A stretch of DNA of 61,479 nucleotides, filler included, from 8 parts of 8 records of this genome joined end to end with filler, not necessarily neighbours in it, one strand, 5' to 3'; positions 39,974-50,166 are shown, numbered from the whole stretch's first letter. The notes: generated by a model from the letters alone, not told the origin. Numbers and translations: made by a program.

Positions 39974-41695
39974 CTATATCTGAGAAAGGAAATTAATTAG
40001 GTTGGCTGAAGTATTGGCAATCCCTAGTTTTTTTCGCAAACGTGTTCTTGCAATTTCTATGGTATTAATACGCTGACCTGTTAATTCTGATATTTCTTTG
40101 GTAGTCATATTTAATCGTAGGAAGGCGCAGATCTTTTGTTCGTTTGGTGTTAAGTCGGGAAACCGTTCCAATAGTTTTTCGTAGAATTCATCATGAACCT
40201 GTTTAAACCTGATCTCAAACTCATCCCATACATCGTCTTCGGTTGTGTTTTGTAACTCATTGGCAATTTTCACTATGGCTGATTTCGTTTCTTCTTTTTC
40301 AGCCTCCCTCCTGACTTTCATCAATTTATCTGCGATATCCGAAAGGATTTCATTTTTACGCATTAAAGAAATAACATTAGAGGTAAGTTCTTTATTTTTT
40401 AAACTCAGTTCAGCTTTGATTTGCAGTCTTTTGGCTTTTTCTACCCGGCGCCGATTTAGGAGTGTAATTATAATTAACACTAACAAAAAAACGATGCTGG
40501 TTCCAATTAGAATATAAGTATATTCCCTTTGTTTTTGTGTGTTTCTTTTTTGCTCTTCCATTTTTTCATACTCATAAAGCAATTCCAAATTTGCCAGTTT
40601 TGTCATACCCCGTTCAAAATCTAAACTGTCCTTGGTATTGTATTCTTTTAAACAATACTGATATGCGTTTATGTAATCACCCTGATCAATATATGCTTGA
40701 TGTAAAAGCTTAGCGGCATCATAAACATATTTTTTTAAGTTGACTGATTCAGCGAGGTCAAGGGCTTTTTTCGCATAAAACAGACTTTTTTCAGAATTGG
40801 AAATTTCAGCATAATATGCAGACAGGAACGTGTATACTTCACAAAGTTTGGGTAGGTTGTTTAATTCACTATATAGCTTTTCCGCCTTTTTAAAATAGTA
40901 ATAAGCGGAATCATAATTATCTTCATCAAGATAAATAAAGCCCAGGTTTGCATAATTTACGCCTTCCCATAACTTATGTCCGATTTTTTTATTGATGACT
41001 ATTGCTTTTCTAAGGTTTGTTTTAAAATCCTGGATTCCACCCTTACCGGAATATGATGTGGCAACGTTGTTTAGTCCCCTCGAAATACCAATTGAATCGT
41101 TAATTTCCCCGGATATCTTTAAGGATTTTAAATCATATTCAAGTGCTTTTTCCCAATTTCCGAGCTCATAATAAACGTTTCCTATTTGACTAAGTGCTTT
41201 ACTTATGCCTTTCTTGTAATTAAGATTTTCAAATAATTCCAAAGCCTGGTAATTTAGATCTGCGCTTTTCTCATAACTTCCTAAATCTGCATAATTCTTC
41301 GATATTAACAATAAAGATTCTGCATATTCCTCCTTCATGTTTAGGTTTTCTGCAAGGTTTTTCGCCTCAAAGGCAAAATCCATGGATAACCTGTGATTGG
41401 CCATACTATTATAAACCTCGCTCAAATGCAAATAAGCCTGAAGCCTGAAATTATGATTATTGTTTATTTCAGCAATTTCAAGAACTTGTTGTGCATATGA
41501 TAGTGCACGATCCGGATCATAAGACAGAATTATTTCGGTTAGTTCAGATAAAATTTCCATCTTCGAAAGCGGATCATTTCTGCCCGTCAATAAATTCTCA
41601 AGGCTGTCAGCTATATAAATTGACTGAGCCCACGAAGAGGACATGACAAAAACAAAAAATAATACCTGGATTATTTTAATCATTACTACTTTCAA
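39974..41695 (-). CDS. Membrane-spanning TPR-sensor / LuxR-type HTH regulator (copy B)
   Basis: Same architecture as 34373-36100; NKELTSNVISLMRKNEILS; LTPNEQKICAFLRLNMTTKEI; identical terminus FLSQI. Confidence 0.88.
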   Translation of the reverse strand: MKVVMIKIIQVLFFVFVMSSSWAQSIYIADSLENLLTGRNDPLSKMEILSELTEIILSYDPDRALSYAQQVLEIAEINNNHNFRLQAYLHLSEVYNSMANHRLSMDFAFEAKNLAENLNMKEEYAESLLLISKNYADLGSYEKSADLNYQALELFENLNYKKGISKALSQIGNVYYELGNWEKALEYDLKSLKISGEINDSIGISRGLNNVATSYSGKGGIQDFKTNLRKAIVINKKIGHKLWEGVNYANLGFIYLDEDNYDSAYYYFKKAEKLYSELNNLPKLCEVYTFLSAYYAEISNSEKSLFYAKKALDLAESVNLKKYVYDAAKLLHQAYIDQGDYINAYQYCLKEYNTKDSLDFERGMTKLANLELLYEYEKMEEQKRNTQKQREYTYILIGTSIVFLLVLIIITLLNRRRVEKAKRLQIKAELSLKNKELTSNVISLMRKNEILSDIADKLMKVRREAEKEETKSAIVKIANELQNTTEDDVWDEFEIRFKQVHDEFYEKLLERFPDLTPNEQKICAFLRLNMTTKEISELTGQRINTIEIARTRLRKKLGIANTSANLINFLSQI

Positions 41696-41808
41696 TATTT
41701 ATGAGCAAAGATAGTAATTTGGCGACTGGTTTATGCTACAACAAGTGAACAGACGAAGCATGGTCAGGAATTTCCCAACTACGTTAATTTGAATACACAC
41801 AAGCGCAA

Positions 41809-42807
41809 TTAGAAAGTTTTACTGCCCAATTGCCCAAAGCCGGTAATCTGATAATTCATGCTTGATGGAATAAGGTTGTCCAGATTGCTTACACTCAACA
41901 ATGACAGGTTTTCACCATTTGCCATTTTTATCCGCAGGATAGCATCACCAGGAATTTTCTTGATTTTCTTTAGTAAATCCGTTTTCAAACTTTCAGACGT
42001 GTAATGTTCTTTTTCCAAAAACAAATCAATCATTGGCCGGGTTTTTAATGGAATGAACTTATAATCGGTTTCACGCTTATCGCTGATGTTTATTTCATAA
42101 AACCCTTTTTCCTCATCCATCTCAGCAAAGGCAGTCCGCTCGATGGAACCGGGATAAATAATTGGTTTGTCGGTTTTCGTCCGGAGAATCTGTGCCCGGT
42201 GGATGTGCCCTGAAAGAATCATATCATATTCATCGGGCAGATCGTTAATTGGAATTACATCCTGCCCGTAGCGGAAAGTAAAATCGGAAGGCCCGACTAT
42301 AGCTCCTTCGATTGACTGGTGCATGCAAAGCAACTTTACACTTTCGCCATTTAAGTGGGGTTGGATTTCTTTGGCTATTTCAGGGAATTGTGATTTCACA
42401 TCCTTTCTTAAACAAGGAAAACCTGCTATATCAAAATCAATCCCTTTGATTGAAAAATTAAAAACCTGTGGCTTCGAGTAATAATAAATATTGGGATGCT
42501 GCATAAAAAGCGATATCGGCAGCCTTGAGCTTTCGTGATTTCCGGGAACAATCACCATCGGGATGCCGGATTCGGCGAAATCAAAAATCCGCTCGTAAAC
42601 CATATCGATGATCGGGGCCGGAACCCGGGTTCTGTAAAAGAGATCGCCACCATGAATTACCAAATCTGCCATGCTGTTTTTTGCGTAAGCCAGCACCTCA
42701 TCAAAATTATTGAAGAAATCCATGCCCCTCCTCCGCTTCTCCTTTTTGGGACGCAGCGGGAAATCAAATCCCAGATGGGTGTCGGCAAGGAAAATTATTT
42801 TGATCAT
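41809..42807 (-). CDS. SbcD/Mre11-like metallophosphoesterase
   Basis: ADTHLG, GGDLF, PGNHE, MHQS, SGHIH, YPGSIER. Confidence 0.88.
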   Translation of the reverse strand: MIKIIFLADTHLGFDFPLRPKKEKRRRGMDFFNNFDEVLAYAKNSMADLVIHGGDLFYRTRVPAPIIDMVYERIFDFAESGIPMVIVPGNHESSRLPISLFMQHPNIYYYSKPQVFNFSIKGIDFDIAGFPCLRKDVKSQFPEIAKEIQPHLNGESVKLLCMHQSIEGAIVGPSDFTFRYGQDVIPINDLPDEYDMILSGHIHRAQILRTKTDKPIIYPGSIERTAFAEMDEEKGFYEINISDKRETDYKFIPLKTRPMIDLFLEKEHYTSESLKTDLLKKIKKIPGDAILRIKMANGENLSLLSVSNLDNLIPSSMNYQITGFGQLGSKTF

Positions 42808-42869
42808 TTATCCCGATTTTTATCAGTTAAACGGTTGCGAACCTACACTAAATCCTGGAGTAATTCTGA

Positions 42870-43028
42870 CTATCCAAATAAAACATCCATTGTCAGATTA
42901 TCCTCCACAAGTTCGTAGAAGTTTTCGTTTTTGGCAACCCCAAAAGTTGTAATCATGGTTAGCACAACTACATGACGGGTTTTTGTGGTGCTTTTAAAAA
43001 GATTGATTTCATATTCCCTTATTACCAT
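42870..43028 (-). pseudogene. Probable C-terminal remnant of an AAA/ATP-binding protein gene
   Basis: 52-aa frame ending FKSTTKTRHVVVLTMITTFGVAKNENFYELVEDNLTMDVLFG*; resemblance recognised by eye. Confidence 0.5.
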
Positions 43029-43230
43029 GATACTATTATTAGCCTACCAAAAGCAATCTTTTTTCTTTAATTTGGTAGATTAATAATTGGCATTCTTTGT
43101 AGAGTAAATTTTTAAGGTAAGCATTAACAGAAAAGCAATCAGGAGCATTCGGTGAAAGTCCGCGTTTGTTTATTTAAATGAAATTGAAAATACAGAGTTT
43201 TATTATCTTTGTGCATTGTAACATCGAATC

Positions 43231-43683
43231 ATGAAACAAATCATCATAAGCGGAATCCTATTTATTTTTGCCGTTGGGGTATTTGCCCAAAAGGAAGTTC
43301 CTTTCACCCTTGATGACAGAGATAGATTGATAAAAGTTGAAGTAGGCCTTGAAGCCACAAACAAACGGCTTGATGATGTAAACAAGCGAATTGATGATGT
43401 AAACAAGCGAATCGATGATATGAATGCAAATTTCACCAATAAATTCGATGAAGTAAACCAACGCATCGACCGCCTCGAAGACCGGTTTACCAGTTTGTTT
43501 ATGTGGGGATTTGGCTTGGTATTCTCAGGTTATCTGGCTTTGTTTGGATTTATACTATATGACCGCAGAACCACCATTGCCCCGGTAAAAAGAGAGCAGG
43601 ACAAAATTCTTAAAGTCCTGCGCGAAGTTGGCCTCAACGACGAAGAAATACGCAAAGCCATGAAAAAAGTGGCGCTGTGGTAA
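43231..43683 (+). CDS. Exported coiled-coil membrane protein with heptad repeats
   Basis: Signal peptide; NKRLDDV-NKRIDDV-NKRIDDM; TM helix near the C-terminus. Confidence 0.8.
   Translation: MKQIIISGILFIFAVGVFAQKEVPFTLDDRDRLIKVEVGLEATNKRLDDVNKRIDDVNKRIDDMNANFTNKFDEVNQRIDRLEDRFTSLFMWGFGLVFSGYLALFGFILYDRRTTIAPVKREQDKILKVLREVGLNDEEIRKAMKKVALW
43360..43423 (+). repeat. 21-bp tandem repeat x3 (coding heptads)
   Basis: AACAAACGGCTTGATGATGTA / AACAAGCGAATTGATGATGTA / AACAAGCGAATCGATGATATG. Confidence 0.85.
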
Positions 43684-43792
43684 CCTTCGCTTTTCTTTAC
43701 CCATAGCTTACTGCGCATTAAATTTTATTAAACACCCATTTATTAAAACCACATGTGCTTATCTTTACCCCAAATTCTTAAACCTGAAAACG

Positions 43793-44506
43793 ATGAAAAA
43801 TCTTTTCCTTTTAATTGCATTATTCGTTTTTACAACCGGCCTGTTTGCTCAGGATTCTTCCTCCCCAAAATCAAAGATTTATGGTGGAATGGGCTATTTT
43901 CAAACTGGTGTATCCTTTTTGGATCTGGATGAACTGAATACCATGCTTAATGACAATGGCATGCCCGAACTGGGTAATGCTTCAGTAACTTTTGGTGGTG
44001 GAGGCCATGGCATCATCGGGAACTTCATCATTGGTGGTGACGGTCATGGAGTGTTCGGAAATTCAGTGCTCAACCAGAACTACCGCGTTGCTTATGGTGG
44101 CGGCTATGGCTTGCTCAATTTGGGTTATGTGGTTTATGCCAATCCGGTTTTATTGGTATATCCCATGCTTGGGATTGGCGGTGGTGGCCAATCTGTTACC
44201 ATCACCGACCGGTCAACTCTTCCGGTAAGTTTCTCAGACCTGCTTGAAGACCCCAAACATCAATCAATAATTACGAAAGGCAGTTTCTTGATCGATCTTT
44301 CACTTACAAGCAATCTGTTTGTTTTTGGTAATACCGGAGGAAGTGCCACCGGAGGCTTCATGGTTGGATTAAAAGCCGGATATCTTTTGGAATTGAACAA
44401 CGACCGGTGGTATATCGACGACCAGGAGCTGGTTGGCGGGCCTCAATCCGGTATATCCGGGCCATATATCAGGTTGATTATTGGAGGTGGTGGATTTTCG
44501 AGGTAG
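43793..44506 (+). CDS. Probable outer-membrane beta-barrel protein
   Basis: Signal peptide; Gly-rich alternating beta strands. Confidence 0.65.
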   Translation: MKNLFLLIALFVFTTGLFAQDSSSPKSKIYGGMGYFQTGVSFLDLDELNTMLNDNGMPELGNASVTFGGGGHGIIGNFIIGGDGHGVFGNSVLNQNYRVAYGGGYGLLNLGYVVYANPVLLVYPMLGIGGGGQSVTITDRSTLPVSFSDLLEDPKHQSIITKGSFLIDLSLTSNLFVFGNTGGSATGGFMVGLKAGYLLELNNDRWYIDDQELVGGPQSGISGPYIRLIIGGGGFSR

Positions 44507-44941
44507 CAACTATTCTCAACCATTCATCATATTGTTCCTTTTCGGCCGAAACAGCGTTTATTGTTCTACGCAGCATATAGCAATTTTCCAATTTATAATA
44601 TTTCTCACACGCACAAAAACCCTGACAGAAGTTTAATCTGCCAGGGTTTTGCAATTCTAAAATTGATGAGAAAACGCAGGTTTTCAGGCTTATGCCGGGA
44701 ATTGTTTTTGGGGGTTATACTTTTCCCTAACTCATCTTCCTAAAAAAGGCTATGTAGNNNNNNNNNNNNNNNNNNNNNNNNNNNNNNNNNNNNNNNNNNN
44801 NTTAATTAATTAANNNNNNNNNNNNNNNNNNNNNNNNNNNNNNNNNNNNNNNNNNNNTCGTTGAAAGGGTTGTTTTCATCGGTAAGTGAACAAAAAAAAA
44901 GCCGGCAACTTGCTGCCGGCTCAATATTCCTGTTTTAGTTT

Positions 44942-45436
44942 TTATCCTCGTGTGTCAAATCCTTTTCCTGGCATTGGTTTATCTTCGAATTTCCCGGGTT
45001 TTCCCCTCCTGCCTTTCATTTCGTCAAATTTAATAAGCTGCTCTTCAGTAAGCATCGAGCGGATTTCCTGGTGTTGTTTTGCTTTAATCTTTGCAATATC
45101 TGCTTTAATTACCGACATTTTGTCGATGTTGCTGTTTATTGCATTTAGATCAGCTTTATCGGCAGTAGTTAAAGTTTGTTGTTTCGCTTCAAGCTCATTA
45201 AGTTGGTTGCGTAAAGGTTTTACTTTCCTGGCAGTTTCCAATCTTAATGTTTTCATTTGGTCAAGTTGCTCTTCAGTAAAGAAATCATTTAATCTTTCCT
45301 GCTTCATTTCGCGGTGTTCAACCATCATTTCCCGTTTCTCAGGATTTCTTTTTTTGCGCTCAGGCTGTTGTGCCATTGCAGTTGTCGAAATTGCAAAAAA
45401 TGCAATCAATGCTAAGCTTAAAATTCTAGTTTTCAT
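44942..45436 (-). CDS. Spy/CpxP-family periplasmic chaperone
   Basis: Signal peptide; two LTxEQ-like motifs (FTEEQ, LTEEQ). Confidence 0.82.
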   Translation of the reverse strand: MKTRILSLALIAFFAISTTAMAQQPERKKRNPEKREMMVEHREMKQERLNDFFTEEQLDQMKTLRLETARKVKPLRNQLNELEAKQQTLTTADKADLNAINSNIDKMSVIKADIAKIKAKQHQEIRSMLTEEQLIKFDEMKGRRGKPGKFEDKPMPGKGFDTRG

Positions 45437-45691
45437 TGTATTAAAATTTAAATTGTTCTGTTAACTTACGCTTTTGACGCATTCAAGAAAGAATGGTTTA
45501 AAGTGAAAGTTTTTTTAACATCGCTTAACTTCTTTGGTTTTAAACCAGGATGTGCCGAATATTTAAATGGCTGGTTTTAATATAAATTAACGTAATGTAT
45601 TTTGCGTGCAAGTGACTTATATCAGGTAAGATTTCTTACTTTTGCGAGTTGAAAACTAAATTACCCGTACAAATTCGGAAAAGGAACGATT

Positions 45692-47431
45692 ATGAAGAGA
45701 AAATTTTGGATAGGAATAACAATAGTAGCAATTTTAAGTATTAGTTTTTTTAGTTTCACCCGTGATCAAAAGAACTTTGAAGTTGCAAAGAACCTCGATA
45801 TTTACCACACATTGTTTCGCGAACTTAATATGTTTTACGTCGACGATGTTAATCCAAACAAGTTGGTAAAAACCAGTATCGACAAAATGTTGGAATCGCT
45901 TGATCCATATACCAATTATATTTCGGAAGATCAGATCGAGGACTTTCGGTTTATGACCACCGGAGAATATGCCGGTATTGGTGCTTTGATAAGCAGACAA
46001 AAAGACCAAATTGTTATTGCTGAACCGTATGAAGGAAAACCAGCTCAGAAGTTTGGATTAAAGGCAGGCGATATCATTCTAGAGGTTTCGGGAAAAGATA
46101 CTAAAGAAATGAGCACTGAAGATGTTAGCAGTTTGTTGAAAGGACCGGCAAATAAACCGGTTAATATTAAAATTCAGCGTCCTGGAGATAAAAAACCTTT
46201 TACTGTTGATATTGTTCGCGAAAAGATTTCAATAAATGCAGTTCCATATTATGGTATGCTCGATGATAAAACCGGCTATATCCGTCTTTCAAGTTTTACA
46301 GCAAACTGTAGTAAAGAGGTGCAAAAAGCATTTTTGGAACTAAAAGATCAAAACCAGGCCGAATCGTTGGTACTTGATTTGCGCGGGAATCCTGGTGGGC
46401 TGTTAATGGAAGCGGTTAAAATTGTAAATTTCTTTGTCCCACAAGGCGAAGAGGTTGTAAGTACCCGTGGAAAAGTAAAACAATGGGACAAAGTATATAA
46501 AGCTACTGTAGCTCCCATGGATACTACCATTAAAATTGCAGTTTTGGTAAACAGTGGCTCGGCTTCGGCTTCAGAAATCGTTGCAGGTGCAATTCAGGAT
46601 CTTGATCGAGGTATAGTCGTGGGAACTCGTACCTTTGGAAAAGGATTAGTACAAACTACCCGCGATTTGAGCTATAACACGAAACTAAAAGTAACTACTG
46701 CAAAGTATTATATTCCAAGTGGTCGTTGTATTCAGGTTCTTGATTATTCGCACCGAAACGAAGATGGTAGTGTTGGAAATGTTCCTGATTCGTTGATTAG
46801 TGAGTTTACCACTAAAAATGGCCGAAAGGTTTACGATGGCGGAGGCGTTGCTCCCGATGTAAAAATTGAAGGAGACCAGCTTAGTCGTTTGGCTATTGAA
46901 TTGGTTACCCGATTTATGATCTTTGATTTTGCCACAAAATTCTCGAATGAACATGAAAGTATACCCGAACCCGAAGATTTTGAAATAACAGATGCTATTT
47001 ACAAGCAGTTTGCTGATTTTATAAAAGAAAATGAATTTAATTACGATTCGCGTTCCCAGAGCAATTTGGAAGCTCTGTTAAAAACAGCAAAACAGGAAAA
47101 ATATTTTGGTATTGCCGAAGCTGAATTCGAAGCATTAAAAGCGAAGCTGGAGCCAAATCTTGAAAAGGATCTGAACGAGTTTAAACCCGAGATATGTGAT
47201 TTGCTTGTTGATGAAATTGTATCGCGTTATTATTACCAAAAAGGAGCCATTCGCGCGGCCATTAACGAAGATAAGGGAATTAAAAAAGCCATTGAGGAAC
47301 TAAATTCCGAGATTACCTATTCGGCACACTTTACTGCAGGTAAAGTTATTGCTGCAGTACTTCCTTGTCGTTTTGTTAAACCTGTTTCTAAAACAAAAGA
47401 GGGAGCTGAAAATAGGATTATGGGAATCTAA
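45692..47431 (+). CDS. S41-family C-terminal processing protease
   Basis: LDPYT, PDZ GIG, DLRGNPGG, SASASEIVAGA, TFGKGLVQ. Confidence 0.93.
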   Translation: MKRKFWIGITIVAILSISFFSFTRDQKNFEVAKNLDIYHTLFRELNMFYVDDVNPNKLVKTSIDKMLESLDPYTNYISEDQIEDFRFMTTGEYAGIGALISRQKDQIVIAEPYEGKPAQKFGLKAGDIILEVSGKDTKEMSTEDVSSLLKGPANKPVNIKIQRPGDKKPFTVDIVREKISINAVPYYGMLDDKTGYIRLSSFTANCSKEVQKAFLELKDQNQAESLVLDLRGNPGGLLMEAVKIVNFFVPQGEEVVSTRGKVKQWDKVYKATVAPMDTTIKIAVLVNSGSASASEIVAGAIQDLDRGIVVGTRTFGKGLVQTTRDLSYNTKLKVTTAKYYIPSGRCIQVLDYSHRNEDGSVGNVPDSLISEFTTKNGRKVYDGGGVAPDVKIEGDQLSRLAIELVTRFMIFDFATKFSNEHESIPEPEDFEITDAIYKQFADFIKENEFNYDSRSQSNLEALLKTAKQEKYFGIAEAEFEALKAKLEPNLEKDLNEFKPEICDLLVDEIVSRYYYQKGAIRAAINEDKGIKKAIEELNSEITYSAHFTAGKVIAAVLPCRFVKPVSKTKEGAENRIMGI

Positions 47432-47482
47432 ATCATACCGAGCTTTAAGTTCTTTGTGTGATATTTTTAATAAACATGAACC

Positions 47483-47905
47483 ATGAAAGTCTATTTTGCA
47501 GGTTCCATTCGCGGAGGACGTGAGGATGCGTCACTTTATCATCAGATTATTACTTTCCTTAAAACATTTGGAGAAGTATTAACAGAACACGTAGGCGACT
47601 CAACCCTAACAAGTGTTGGAGATGATGGCCCGAATGACAAATTTATTCACGACCGGGATTTGGAGTGGCTTATCTCCTGCGATGTACTTGTGGCAGAAGT
47701 TACCACTGTCTCGATGGGGGTTGGTTACGAAATTGGCCGGGCGGTTGAGGTAGGGAAACCGGTTCTTTGTCTGTTCCGACAAGATTCAGGAAACAATCTT
47801 TCAGCCATGATAGCGGGTTGCGATGATTTAAGACTGATAAATTATTCCAATATAGAAGAAGCAAAAATGGCGATTTCCCGGTTTCTTTCTTCTGCGGTTG
47901 GTTAA
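47483..47905 (+). CDS. Nucleoside 2-deoxyribosyltransferase family (DNPH1/Rcl-like)
   Basis: VYFAGSIRGG, VLTEH, SMGVGYEIG, LSAMI. Confidence 0.88.
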   Translation: MKVYFAGSIRGGREDASLYHQIITFLKTFGEVLTEHVGDSTLTSVGDDGPNDKFIHDRDLEWLISCDVLVAEVTTVSMGVGYEIGRAVEVGKPVLCLFRQDSGNNLSAMIAGCDDLRLINYSNIEEAKMAISRFLSSAVG

Positions 47906-48303
47906 ACGCCCGGAGCCAAACAAGTAAAGGGGTACCATGGAAGGTTTCGTACAATCCAAAATAATATAACTACAGCAAGGATTAATTTTGGTGTGTTTTT
48001 CATATAAAAAATGTTGGGTAGGTTCCAGCTAAAAGCCTTGTTCAAGAGCGAATGGATGTAATGATACAGAATTAGAATTGTTGCCGGTAAAAAAAGAAAG
48101 TTGTAGCTAATTACTTCAATTATATCGAAATGTAACAGACTGTGCAAGGCCCGCTGTGATCCGCATCCCGGGCAATAACCACCTGTAAACGAATGAAACA
48201 AACATTTCGGGAATATTTCATTCTTAGTGGGATCTACAATATAAAAAACAACTGCTACCCCTAAAATTAAGAGTAGCAGTAAATTATTAATTGTTCGGTT
48301 CAT
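47902..48303 (-). CDS. DUF2752 membrane protein
   Basis: CLFHSFTGGYCPGCGSQRA...RN. Confidence 0.85.
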   Translation of the reverse strand: MNRTINNLLLLLILGVAVVFYIVDPTKNEIFPKCLFHSFTGGYCPGCGSQRALHSLLHFDIIEVISYNFLFLPATILILYHYIHSLLNKAFSWNLPNIFYMKNTPKLILAVVILFWIVRNLPWYPFTCLAPGV

Positions 48304-48306
48304 TTC

Positions 48307-48600
48307 TTAAAAATCAAATCCGCCCAGAGAAAGACCGGCAAGTACTCCAAATACCGAAAGTAAAACTCCAATTAACATGAGGGCTATTCCTACGGCGAAC
48401 GAAATCCATGACCAAAGTTTGGCGTTTTTGCTTGCAGCTAAAGCACCTTCGTAATCACCCGCATTCCATTTTGAATTAACCTGGGCAGCAAATACAATCG
48501 CAACAATCCCAAAAATCTTTCCACAAAACAATGTTACCAGAATAGCAAATACAAGATAATTGGGAGGTGGCGATTGAGGATGGCTTGCTTGTTCGTTCAT
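48307..48600 (-). CDS. CD225/dispanin-family membrane protein
   Basis: PPNYLVFAIL...GIVAIVFAAQV...GDYEGA..ASKNAKLW. Confidence 0.85.
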   Translation of the reverse strand: MNEQASHPQSPPPNYLVFAILVTLFCGKIFGIVAIVFAAQVNSKWNAGDYEGALAASKNAKLWSWISFAVGIALMLIGVLLSVFGVLAGLSLGGFDF

Positions 48601-48773
48601 AATAAAGTTATTTTTTAAGGTTATTCGTTAACAAATGTAAGTGTAAATTCTAATAAAAGTAAAGATGAACCTGGTTTAATTGATAAATATTCCAGTAAAA
48701 TTGTAACCGGAATTCGTTTAAAGTTGTGGTGTTTTCTGCTTAACTCATAACCGGAAAACTATATTTTTATTTT

Positions 48774-49208
48774 ATGATTCGAATAAAACAGGAATATAAC
48801 CTGAAAACTGCTCTAGATGTTCTCGGGCAAATTCCGGAATTTAACAGGAACTTCAGATTAGCACAGTTGGAGGCAAGAATGACGTGGGATTTTGTAGTAC
48901 TGATTGCATATGCAGAAGATATACCGATTGGGTGCAAAATTGGATATAATCGTTACAATGATGGTTCGTTTTATTCGTGGCTGGGTGGTGTTCATACTGA
49001 ATTTCGAAACAGGGGTGTAGCCCAAATGCTAAACACCGAAATGGAAAAACTGGCCAGGGAAAAAGGTTATTCTTCTATCCTTTTTAAAACCCGTAACAGA
49101 TTCAAAGCTATGCTTCAGTTTGGATTGAAGAATGGCTATGATATTGTAGATTTTCAAAAAAAAGAACACATTTCTGAGCACAGAATTATTTTAAAGAAAC
49201 AGCTCTAA
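48774..49208 (+). CDS. GNAT acetyltransferase
   Basis: YSWLGGVHTEFRNRGVA acetyl-CoA motif. Confidence 0.85.
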   Translation: MIRIKQEYNLKTALDVLGQIPEFNRNFRLAQLEARMTWDFVVLIAYAEDIPIGCKIGYNRYNDGSFYSWLGGVHTEFRNRGVAQMLNTEMEKLAREKGYSSILFKTRNRFKAMLQFGLKNGYDIVDFQKKEHISEHRIILKKQL

Positions 49209-49252
49209 AGGTCATGTAAATAAGTGTTTTGGTAAATTTATAGGGCTCATTA

Positions 49253-49317
49253 AACTGACAAAGCAGTCTGGTAACTGAAAAAACAGTTGCTAAACTGAAA
49301 AAACAGTTGTAAGTTTG
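49253..49317 (+). promoter_or_regulatory. Three palindromic boxes (AACTG-N6-CAGTT) at 20-bp period plus -7 promoter element
   Basis: Boxes at 49253, 49273 and 49293; TAAGTTTG at 49310-49317. Confidence 0.75.
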
Positions 49318-49379
49318 TTCCCATAATTGAAAAAGTCTCACTATTAAGTACTCAGTACTAAATAATAATAGCCGGTAAA

Positions 49380-49739
49380 ATGAAAAAATTAACAAGAAAA
49401 GAAGAGGAGTTGATGAAGATTCTCTGGAAATTGGAAAAAGCATTTGTAAAAGATATTGTTGAATTGTATCCCGATCCGAAGCCACATTACAATACTATTT
49501 CGTCCTTGGTGCGTTTGCTGCAAGACAAGGGGCTTATTGGCTTTAAACAATACGGCAACACCTACCAGTATTTTCCGCTGATCTCGAAAGAAGAGTACCG
49601 CCGCTCGTTTATGAACCAGGTAGTTAGCGATTATTTCGACAATTCGTACAAGAGTGCCGTAGCCTTCTTTGTAAAAGAGAAAAATTTATCGGAAGAGGAA
49701 ATTGATGAGTTGGTAAAACTCATAAAAGACAAAAAGTAA
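49380..49739 (+). CDS. BlaI/MecI/CopY-family repressor
   Basis: LTRKEEELMKILW, PKPHYNTISS, YFPLISKEEY, YFDNSY. Confidence 0.92.
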   Translation: MKKLTRKEEELMKILWKLEKAFVKDIVELYPDPKPHYNTISSLVRLLQDKGLIGFKQYGNTYQYFPLISKEEYRRSFMNQVVSDYFDNSYKSAVAFFVKEKNLSEEEIDELVKLIKDKK

Positions 49740-50042
49740 TGGAAAGTTTCTTGTTTTATATTGGAAAAGTTGCGCTTGCTGCCGGGGCTTTTTATTTGCT
49801 TTACCTGGCATTGTTTCAGCATCAAAAACATTTTGTATTTAACCGCATTTATTTGCCAGTTTCGCTGGCAATTAGCTTTTTAATTCCGCTAATAACTTTT
49901 ACCAGTATTAAATATATTCAGCCTGTAAGCGTTAGCACTGCTAATAGCTTTGCCTACCTGCCTGACGCAGGTGTTGAGGCAGAACCGCAACTTTCGTTCG
50001 AATGGTTTCACTACCTTCTTGGCATTTATGTATTCGGAATAA
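49739..50042 (+). CDS. M56/BlaR1-family membrane peptidase (3' truncated)
   Basis: Overlaps the BlaI-family stop; FNRIYL...SFLIPLI. Confidence 0.82.
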
Positions 50043-50166
50043 NNNNNNNNNNNNNNNNNNNNNNNNNNNNNNNNNNNNNNNNNNNNTTAATTAATTAANN
50101 NNNNNNNNNNNNNNNNNNNNNNNNNNNNNNNNNNNNNNNNNNCGCCGCAGTCCGCTCCCAAGGGAA

